The notes under the pieces are model-generated. The model was given only the letters and a program-made list of their open reading frames with translations. It was not told the origin of the DNA and searched no databases. Below, piece by piece: positions 20,575 to 30,700 of a stretch of 36,020 bases of DNA. Both the position numbers and the translations under genes were made by a program. Source of the stretch: Hyphochytrium catenoides. Its lineage: Eukaryota; Protista; Hyphochytriomycota. Every line of letters starts with the position of its first letter. Position 1 is the stretch's first letter. The stretch lies in contig FLMG01003597.1 of NCBI GenBank assembly GCA_900088475.1, positions 1 through 36,020 on the forward strand, read 5' to 3'.

Positions 20575-22653
20575 GGAGTAGGGAGACTTCTGTATGTGCC
20601 AAGGATCACTGTGACACACATCAGTAGTACGAGGCAGCACAGCCAGCTATAAAAGTACTTCAGGTTACGCCTGCCTATGCACTTGCCTGCGAGTGGGGAA
20701 GGGAAGGAGAGAGAGGATGAAGACGGCAAGGAGAATTTTGGGAGTTAGACCCTGGAATGTCCTGAGACAGCGACTAGAGAAACGGTGAGCTGTGAGGGGA
20801 TCTTGGAAGATTTGCTTTGTCTATCTATGAACTATTATCAGGCTGCTACTACGACAAACTCAGAGAAGAGCAGTGGCAAAGAGCAACCGTTCAGACGCTG
20901 TTACCTGTCCATGGACAGTGGTGGTCATATCCTTCAACACATACGTGACAATCTTCACAGTGGTAAGCACTAAAGAGCACAAGATGGTAAGTGACAGACA
21001 AGAGAAGGGGTGGTATGCCAGTCGTCGTTGCGGCGCATTTCTGACGAGAAGAGGAGAGCAAGGACGGAACCGTGAAGAGGCAGAAGCAACTAAAGGAAAC
21101 AGCCGGACTCAAAGAGGTCAAACATGGCAAAGGAAAGGGAAATTACATGAGAACCCTCACTCACTCTGGCGGCCTGAAGGACTCACAAAGCCCACAATAT
21201 CGCCAGTTCTTCTCTGCTGTGTGGTCTGCATGGCTAGCCGGGACAGGGAAGACAAAACGACGGAGACGCAGAGGAGGAGAATGCTCTTAGCGAGATAGCT
21301 TAGAAAGCTGAGACTCTGAGCCTTGCCGTCACAAATCCGAGGAGGTAGAGAGTACACGAGATCTGAAAAACGGCAGCAGGACCGAGTTCGTGAAGCAAAG
21401 TAGGAGAAGGATGGCAATTTCTGGGTGAATCCGTCTAACTTACTGTTTGACAATTCCTGGGTCAATGCAGGCCGTCATGCTATAGAAATAGAGGGTAATG
21501 GCCATCGAGCCAACTAACGTGAGCTGCTCCCAGCCCGAGGCTGAGTCCTTGGAGCTCACCAGGACGTAGAGAGGAATCAGGGTCATCAAGGAGTAGGTAA
21601 ACAGCATCATGCCCCTGTCGTGTCACGCAGAGCAGCAAAGACAGAGGGAGAGAGAGAGAGAGAACAGCGCGATATAAGGTAAGACGGCGGAAAGAGACAA
21701 TTGAGCTTAGAAGGTGAGACAAAGATCATGGTAGAGCCAGAAGTAGAAATAAGACAAGAGCAGTGCACAAGACAAGGACCTTAGGGAAGGTTGAGGTGAA
21801 GGGACAGAGGAAGCTAATCAATGGAGATACGGGGCCTCAATGGAAGAAGTAACGAAGAAACTGAACGTATGAAGTAAGCCTGCCAGCTCAAGGAAAAGGC
21901 ATGACAGAGAGAGGGAGAGAAAGGAAGAAGGAGACAGAGCGAGAGACAAGCGGGACAGAGACGGAGAGCAACGCACAGGAAAAGCACGAAGGCCAAAGAG
22001 AAAGTTATCGGAAGGAGAGGAGGGAGACCGGTATCCTCCAGCTACAGAGAGACAGACAGAAGGAAAGAGCTCATGCCAGAAAGAACAAGTATAGTAGTAT
22101 CCAGGTCATCTGTGAGGAGAACTAAGAACTGGGGAGAGCAATAATCATAAACGAACGCGTGGTACCAGTGCGGGCCAACGACACAGAGTCTTCCAGGTCC
22201 TCTGTATACCACGAACATTCCCTTCATACGGCGAAGAGAAAGGATCGCCTGGTCTTGAAAAGAGAGAGACAGAGAAGCGACTGGTTTCTTTCCGCCTTCT
22301 CCATCGTCGGATAGGCTCCGCTCTTCTTTCGGTTGAGCGCCTATAAGCACTGACCATAGCACCAAAGCGAAGAAGAGTCCGTCGGGATTAGGACGAGGAG
22401 GAGGCAGAAATGAGGAAGTGAGAGCTACGGACAAAGGAGAAGGAACCTGAAGCTTTGAGGAGCATAGGTCAAGCCGCGGGAGGTAGTTGAGCTTCAGAGG
22501 GGTAGTGTCTGAGGGGCGAAAGAAGGGCAAAGGTTGGGAAAAGAGATAGAAGAGGTAGTAAGTGCTTTCACCTTGATCCTCAAGGTCTGGTCCCATCACG
22601 TGCCCAGCCAAGTCTTGTTGCTCCCTAATGGAAGCTTTGGATCGGATAGCCAT
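20478..22653 (-). CDS. DHHC protein S-acyltransferase (palmitoyltransferase), short form, about 246 aa
   Basis: Exons 22653-22572, 22508-22447, 22248-22166, 21614-21444, 21233-21165, 20969-20905, 20686-20478. Motifs VVGPHWGMMLFTY, two TM helices, TACIDPGIV, RYCGLCESFRPPDAYHCEDCHVCVEGYDHHCPWTGKCIGRRNLKYF, one further TM. First two exons less certain. Confidence 0.93.
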
Positions 22654-23117
22654 AACTTCCCTTGCCCCCGCCACCTCCTTTCAGCTGCTCACCCACGAGA
22701 AACTCGGTACAGTGTCTTATCGCCTTCTACGACGAGTTCTTCAGAATTCACTAAAGCAGCGCCCAAACCCTCTCACTTATTTATAAGGAAGCCGCGGAAT
22801 AGAAGACGCAAGTGCTCGCCAGTGCTAAAAGTCTTCGATCCACGTGCTCTTTCTACAGGCAGCCGTCGGTTGAAGCGTCCATCCAAATCCCTTCTAGGCC
22901 CGAAGCGTTAGACCACTTTCTGCCTTTCTTTCTTCACGTGCTTCTGCGTTGGCAGCAAGACCAGCGTCGCTTAGTGCCCTGCATCGCTTGGCTTCATGCA
23001 TACTCTTCGTCTTCTTCGCGGATCTGCGGGCAGAGAACTGTCCTTCATCTCGTCATCGGGCGATCGTCCGAATGATGGTTCAGACTTTTTCTCTGTTTTT
23101 CTGTCACACAGCCATGC

Positions 23118-23375
23118 CGCTGGAACGCTGGAATCTAGCCGTTAGCGGTCTACTATAGGGAAGGCCGTTATTGGTGTTGTGCAATACAACTTCACACTTC
23201 TGGTACTTTCGGGTCAATGCTTCTAATTCGTGCAATAAAACTTCACAATGCAGGAACCTTCGGGATCTAGGCTTCTAATTCTCGGTACCGTACGTCTGCT
23301 TGGGGGCGATAAGCCTCTGCTTCAGGGCGATAAGTGTGGGATAGACTGGCTTAACCTCGGGAGGTTTCGGCCTGA
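23118..23375. promoter_or_regulatory. Cluster of tandem doublets and palindromes in the DHHC/RecQ divergent intergenic region
   Basis: 8-bp doublet 23118-23133; 51/52-bp diverged doublet 23179-23229/23230-23281; palindrome cggtaccg 23283-23290; 21-bp-period doublet tctgctt..gggcgataag 23295-23334; inverted repeat aacctc-gg-gaggtt 23353-23366. The repeats are seen directly; regulatory role inferred from position. Confidence 0.55.
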
Positions 23376-23890
23376 ATCGGAAGCGTTATGACAATTTTCT
23401 CGTCTCGATTTGCAACAAAGAAACTGAATTAGTGAAGATTTTACTTGGAGATCTGAAGATTCTTGCGTCTCCATCACGGAGGTGGTGTGCGCGGGGATGG
23501 CAAAGCGAAGGCGCTAAAGGCGTTAAAGATGGCCCTCGTCGATCCCTTTGCAGAGCGTGATTTGAAGTGACGCCTACGAATGACTCATTGCTGGTTTATA
23601 GCGTATCGTATGTTCGATAGTGGTACACTAGACGGTCTACGGATGAGAGTCCAAGAGAGTTCTAGCATGGCTGAGCAGAGCTCATCAGAAGCGTTCTCTC
23701 CCCTCTGCTCCTAGTTAAACACTATTTATCCCGTCAATCACTCTCTTCGTACTCGGCGCTCAATATGACGTGATAAGGAGGCCCGGCACGTAGTCAGAGG
23801 ATAAATTAGCAAGCACCTCGCATCTATTGTTGGTTCTGAAGCAGGAGGGACCACTTGAGCCTCAAAGGGCTAGAAGTCTCGAGCTACAGA

Positions 23891-26800
23891 ATGATTCGTA
23901 TGCTTATGCATAGCTCGCCATGTACAGCCAAGCTTTGTTGGAGAAGACTTCCTCCTGTTTTATCGCCATCTGTCCTCAACGCAGTGGCCAAACCGTTCCA
24001 TGGGTGGTGCTCCCATCTTCGGCGCTACTCCACGCCTTCGGATATGAAGCATTGGGACAGCGCCAATTTCTCGTGGTCCAGAGTCCTTCAGGAGACAGTA
24101 ACAGAGGATTTTGGGATCGATGGCGGCTTTAGACCCATGCAGAGAGCCATCATGAACGCGTCGCTGGCCGGATATTCAGTTTTAGCAAACCTGCCAACGG
24201 GTTCGATACTCACACCGCTCGCTCCTTCCCCGTGTCTCTCTCTCTCTCTCTCTCTTCTACTCAAGTATACTGCCGATGCTTGGCTCGGGTGCAGTGCAGC
24301 AGTCTCCATTGATCTCTCTCTGGCTCTCTCTCTCTTTTCTCTCTCTGTCTCTCATTTCTTCTTTACTCTACCTTTGCGTCACTAATGCACTCTGTGGTGG
24401 AATAGGCTCCGGCAAGTCTCTTTGTTTTCAAGCCCCCGCCGTGGTTGCCGGAGGAGTAACAGTTGTCGTCTCTCCTCTTCTATCCTTGATTCAGGTCCAG
24501 GAGCTCTCCTCCTCCCTTCATGTCTCTCCCCTATGTTCTCTGCCTTTCTTATACTCATATATTGGGCATGTCTTTGGAGTCCCTCTTCTTGATAGTGAAG
24601 CTTCCTTTGCGCTCTAGGTCATCCTTGATTCTCTCCTCTTCCAATTGTTCCCGCGTTGTTTGACAGCTCTTAAACGATGTCTTATACTTTTTTCTCCTCT
24701 CTTTTCTTCCTCTGGTTCTTACCTCGCCTGGCCATTATCTCCTGATATCTTCACTTGGACATTCTGTATAGGACCAAGTTAGCGGGCTCAGGCGGTTGGG
24801 CATAGACGCCATCAACTTGAGTGGCGATCTCTCTCCAGGAGAGTTGGCATATCAGCTAAATAGACTAAAGAACCTAGGAGAGACAATCCGACACGAAAGA
24901 CAAGCAGATGCAGAAACTGAAGGAAGCAGAGGGTGTCTAGTGTACCTCACACCTGAGAGGCTGACTGGAAATGAGATAGTGGAGAACGTGCTAGACGACT
25001 TGAATGCTTTATCGCTTGTCAAGAGGTTTGTCATCGATGAGGCTCACTGCGTCAGTGAATGGGGAACTGGGTTCAGGTGCGTTTCCTGTTCCCCTCTCTC
25101 TAGACAAACTGCCTTGTCCTTGCGACTCCATTGTGCCTCTCGTCCTGTTCCACTTCTTTGGCGCTTGATCGATTTGCCTTAATGCCCCGCTGGGGCCAGC
25201 TCTGGGCATGACCCGTACTTTCTTCCGTGTCTGGCAAGCTTGTCGACCTATATCGTATATCCCAAAAAGTCTTAGCCTCTTCGCTAACTCTGGCCAACCC
25301 CTTATTAGCTGTTACCTTCCGCTGTTATTCCTTAGCCCTTTCGCCTGAGGTGGCTACTTCTTTGCCTCTTTCTCCCCATCTGCCACGGCGGCCTCAGTAC
25401 CACCTGGCAAGTCTTCTTGGGTTAAGCTAAGTCCATAATCCCCAGGCCCGCCTATCGGGAGATGTGCTCCGTCCTGAACACCAGATTCCCTGATATTCCT
25501 ATCACCTTGGCGACAGCTACAGCGTCTGAGGATGTTTTGAGGGACCTCCTGGAAGTCTTTCATCTGTCTCCTATCTCCATTTCTCTTCTGAACGAGGATC
25601 TTGATGAAGACAAGTACGACCAGCCCAGAACTGAAGAGAAAGAGGATCATTCTGTTGCTTGTACTGCTAACCTAAGCAGGCAGCTCATCGTTTTTCGGAG
25701 AGAGTTTGACAGGACTAATCTCACTCTTAAAGTTGTTCAGAAAGGAAGTAAGAAACACGTGATCTCGTCCATCTGGCAGGCTATCCGCGGCCTCACTCCT
25801 TCGGGCAGTAGCTCTTCTGGCTCCGTGATTATCTATGGATTGACGCGAACAGAGGCTGAGGAGGTTGCAGAAGGCCTTAAAGGCCTAGGAATCTCAGCAG
25901 CAAGCTATCACTCCGGTCTATCTAAGGCGAAAAAGAGTTCAGTGCATAAGCTATGGATGGGAAATAGGATCCAAGTCCTTTGTGCCACAGTGGCGTTTGG
26001 GGTGAGAAAGACGGACTGGAGAGGATCCTTCTCTCTGGCCTTCTGCTAGCTTTCACGGTACCTCTGTTCCCTTTGGCTCTACCGCTTCCACTTTAAGAGA
26101 AAACCGGGTTCCTGTTCCTCTCCATCAAGATCACTGATCCCCTTCTCGCACTTTATGCCTTCTTTTGCTGTCATCGCTCACAACTGCCTTGTGTCTCTCT
26201 GGTCTACCCGCTCACAGCTGGGAATCGACAAGGATGACGTGCGACTAGTCGTTCACTCCTCGCTGCCTCTGTCTATCAACCAGTACTGCCAGCAAATTGT
26301 AAGATATGATGTGATCCACTCTGTTCGGTTGCTTCTAGCACTCTTCGTCTCACTCTGTCATTCCTCCTCGCTGTTTCGTTTACCTCGCAAGCCGTGTCCG
26401 CAGTTGATTCCGCTTCCTCTCTCCATTGTACCTGACATGCCTTTCTCTGTATCTTTATCATCTACTGCTCTTGGCATGTCTCTCCTCCTTCCCACTATTC
26501 CTGCCGTCGCTCTTTTGATCGGCCACTTTAACGACTTCGTTGCCTTTATCCTAGGGCCGAGCGGGCAGAGACGGTCTGTCCTCATCCTGTCTTCTCTTCT
26601 ACGGCTCTCAGGACATCGGGCGAGCCATTGGAGTTATCGAGCATTCCCCGTCGTACTCTTCCAAGAATCGAGAGGATCTGGATTTACTCATAGACTTCTG
26701 CAACATTCAGTCCTGCAGGAGGAAGGTAACGCTGCCATATTAGCTTTCGCCTTTGGCAACCTCTCTGCTATTGCCTCTCTCTCATTCTCGCTTACTCTCG

Positions 26801-27665
26801 GAACAATCCAGTATCTTGCGGATTATCTCGGCTATAGCTTCGACGAAGAGGAATGCTGCAAATTGTGCAACTGCGGGGAAAGTCTAATGCTCGATGAGGG
26901 TGATGAGGAAGAACAACAAGAAGCCAAAAGAGAGACCGCTAGGTAAGGAAGACAGGCATCTATTCTTGGGACGCCTTCATCTCTTCGAAGAGCTTTCTAC
27001 AATCTATGAATTGGCTCCTGCTTTACATCATAGAGGCCCTTACTTAGGCATCTCTCTTCTGGCTCTCTGTCTGTACGCCACTCCAGGAAAGAAATAGATC
27101 TCCATCTTGAATTCTTCCATCAGCGTCTCAAGAAAGAGTTCAACATTTCCAGGAAAGTCTTGAAGGTGAGTACGGTCGATGGGAATTCATGCAATAAGGA
27201 CGACGTCTAAGCGCCAGAGGCAGGACTGTGTGAAGATAGACAGACAAGATGCGGTGGGAGAGGGGAAGAGAGAGGATAAATGTCAAAGAGAACGTGAGAA
27301 AGAGAGAGAGAATAGACAGAGAGAGAGAGAAAGCGATGCTCGGGTTCGGTGATTATACATAACCAAACTCGAGGCATCTCCCATATTTCTCTAAAGTTAT
27401 TGCCTGCAGAGAATTCGTGAGGTGAACCCGGCCACTGAGGCCGAACTGGCTTCTATTAAGGTCCGAGACATTGTATATAGCATAGTGTCCTCAATTCATT
27501 GCTCTCATTCATTCTGTCTTCTGTCTGCCTCTCTCTCGGTCTTTCTTCTTCGTTGTTCTGTACACTCTTATAGAATTAATATCTATGACTTAGGGTTTGA
27601 AGGGTGAAAACGCGGAGAAACTCTTCCCGGTGGTTCAGCAGTGGCTCAGGAGCCGAAGAGCTTGA
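23891..27665 (+). CDS. RecQ-family DNA helicase, 614 aa (presequence-like N-terminus, helicase core, Zn-binding region, HRDC-like C-terminus)
   Basis: Exons 23891-24200, 24406-24494, 24772-25076, 25446-26001, 26218-26298, 26555-26725, 26812-26942, 27087-27165, 27410-27460, 27594-27665 in frame. Motifs FRPMQ, LPTGSGKSLCFQ, VSPLLSLIQDQ, YLTPE, IDEAHCVSEWG, TATA, FDRTNL, YHSGL, CATVAFGLGIDK, QQIGRAGRDG, CRRKYLADYLG. Confidence 0.96.
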
Positions 27666-27762
27666 GGTCTAAGACTGAGAGGGTGAAGCAGATTTATAGT
27701 ACAAGCGCTTTTCTCTCCGCCCGATCTCTCTATATGCAGACCAGTCCTCTCCCTGACTATCT

Positions 27763-30700
27763 CTATGTGAACGGGTTGGAGACGTGAATGCTAGTCCGTG
27801 AGCTAGAGGCCACGCGAGAGGGCTTCTTGCTTGTAACTGATGGCCTAGTACTGCCAGTACGCAGCTGAATGCTTGCGCTACTGCTTCTTGCTTGAGAAGA
27901 ACTTTTTCTCCCTAGAAGTGGAGAAGCAGAGAGAGATTGCTTCGACAATAATCTCCCCGACTCAGCTCCCTCTGGTGGCAAGCTCAGACTGCTCCTCTTT
28001 TTCCTGCTGCTGCTATTGCTAGTCGAAGTAGGTTGAAGCGGCACCTTTGTCTTTCTACTTCCGCCTCCACCTGCCATTCCAAGATCACTGGGGAAGAGGC
28101 TTTTTGGGTCAACCCACATTAGCGGAGAGGATAATGCGCCCTCTCCATCCTGTTTAAAGAGAGTGAGAGGGACATTGAGAAGACGGACGGGGTTCAGGTG
28201 AGAGTAGAGAGGACACTGTTTGGATGCCGTTGGACCATAGAGACAATCCTCTAATATGAAGGGTTGACAGGAGTGAAATCATGACAAGCGACACTAAGGA
28301 AGGAGAGCTGGGGCAGCTTGGCTGCGGGTCACCAGTAGGGAAGGCTCCTGAACCTTAGCGGTTACTCTTGGGTCCTCTGCAAGGTGGCTCGTAAGTTTAT
28401 CTAGGTCATCGAGGGCGGATTGCAGCGAAGACGACGGAGATACTATCGCATTCATCTTCGGCACTTTCTCTGCCTCGGTTATCGTCAATGGAGGCGGCCT
28501 GGGATCCGGTACGGCCTAGCATAAGGATCAGAGCAAACGGTCAGGGCAGACGTTCGCCATCATCGCCATAGTAAGAATGTGGACAGTGGAGGCGAGATGA
28601 AGCGAGAGTTTTCAGTTTTCTTTTCAGCGCCTACCAAGGGAGTTGCAGCGGTAGGAGTTGTGGGACGGAGGGCTTCAGGAGGCGCTTTGGCCGCTTCGAG
28701 GGTTGGAAGGTAGGAGGAGAGGATCTGGTCGGTCTTCTCTTGCTGAAGCTGCGCCTCCTTTAGTCGCAGCTGGGCATCATTCTGGATCTACAGATGCAAC
28801 GTATTTGATGGTTATCTCTTGGCCCACGACGTTTGGAGCAGGGGAATAGAGACTCGTTGGGAACTCCGAGAAAGCCCAGAGGGGCAGCGGGTGGTGCGAG
28901 CACGAAAGAGACAAAGATGGAACGTTGCTGGAATAGGCAGTAGAGAAAGACTTCGAGAAGAGAGAGGAATGAATATGGCGAAGGAGCTCGTCTAATGCTG
29001 ACCTTTTTGGATAGAGCAAGAGTCTGATTGAGCCGGTCCATTCCTTCGTCTACCTGCAGGCGCAGTTGGTGTCCCTGCATCTCCTCTTCTCGGAACTTCC
29101 GTTCAATCTCTGAGGTCATCTCCATTAATCCCTAATGCAGTCAAACCGAAGGAGAGTAAGTAGACTGAGCATTGATCACCTTCGGATCAGCAGTAACATC
29201 TAAGAAAAGCCCACCTGGCGGATTTTGGCGTCAATCCTGTCTCCCAAGGACTCTTCCAGTGCTCTCATCTGCTTGATCAGACGACCCCACACAGCTGTCG
29301 CGTTCGTACTTTGGTCTCCCTAGATGCCAACAGGAAGGCCTTTATTCAGCTGCCGTCTCTCTTATCATCTTTATCCTACTTACCGAGACGGCTCTTGAAA
29401 GCCCTGCGGCCGCCTTTAAGCTTCTCCTCTCTTCCACTGCCTTTTCGACCGCAATCTCAAGTCTAGCCGGAGAGAGAGAGAGAGCGTCGTGAGGAGATGG
29501 TAAACCCAATACCACGGACAGGAGGCCAGCACAACGACAGGAGATATACATAAGGGAGCAGGAGCGATACGGTCTCCCCTCACATAGTAAAGGCCACTTC
29601 TCTTGTTGCCTATTTGTTGCAGACATTGGACTAGGAGAATAAAGGAGAAGACGTAGTACAGGGGAGCCAAGGCGGAAGGTGGGCATGATAGAAGCGAAAG
29701 CAGGACGAAGGGAAAGTAGACATAGCCATACCTCTCCACTCGGTCTCTGAGACTCCTGCCGTCCACTTTAAGGTTGGAAACACGCACTGAGGCCTCCTCA
29801 TCCGAATCCTCATCGTCCTGAAGAAAGACGAGCAAGCGAGAGCATTTAAGAAAAGCCAACAAAGTCTCTGACATTGGAAGATAACGCTCGACGTAGAAGG
29901 ATCGCTTGAACATTAGTCTGCTCACCAATGATGAGGGCCGTGATACTTGACGTCCTGTTCTGAGCTGCGTCTCCATGGCTTCGAGCGCACTCATGACACT
30001 GCGACCCTGTGCAAGCAGGGAACAGAGTACGGAGTGTAGAAGAGATGGGTTGAGCAAGGGCTTTCGGGAGATGCGGGAGGCCCCAAGAATCACTAAAAGA
30101 GACGTAATCACTTCATAATCACTTCATAGCCAGACCCAAGACCTTACGGCCTCTCGATAGACTGGAAGTCCTAGATCAGACTTGATGGAAGACGTAAGAC
30201 GTAAGAGAGAGTGCCACCTGCAGATTTAGTTGTCTGATGGTGTCTTCAGCGAACTTGCTGCATTTGCTCTCGGTAGATGACACCTTCTCGCCAAGCTTCT
30301 GCTGCTCGGACTCAAGCGCGCATAGCTTTCCTTCAACCTCTTTCCCTTTCGTGAGGAATTCTCGGCTACTCGAGTCTACGTGCTGCCGCAAGTGTACGAG
30401 CTCCCGTTCCACCTTCATGTCTTGATCCTGTTGACCAGACACTCGTCATTAACTCGCTGGCGCACAAGCGGGAATCTGAGGCTCCCTCTTCTTAGCTCCG
30501 ACACTCAACTATCTCTTGTTTAGAGCCACTCCATAATCACGTACGCCTTCCTATCACATCACCCGCACGCGTGCCCTGAGACTGTGTCTTCAACACGTCA
30601 CGTCTTTCCCCCATTTATCTCCTGAGGACCCTTCCCTTCTCTATCCCTCCCCAGAACCTACTGCTCTATATAAAACGGACTGTAGTTTGAGTCAGGCGAA

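Noticed and set aside
21615-22165. Apparent alternative TM-coding mini-exons within a DHHC intron (MTWILLYLFFL, AYFIR)
   Set aside because: CT-rich introns translate as hydrophobic text; the direct splice gives the family-like GPHWGMMLFTY without them.
23179-23334. CRISPR-like repeat-spacer array
   Set aside because: Only two copies per unit, no unique spacers, eukaryotic context and no cas genes.
24199-24225. GGTTCGA T-loop-like tRNA motif
   Set aside because: It is the RecQ exon1/intron1 junction; no cloverleaf.
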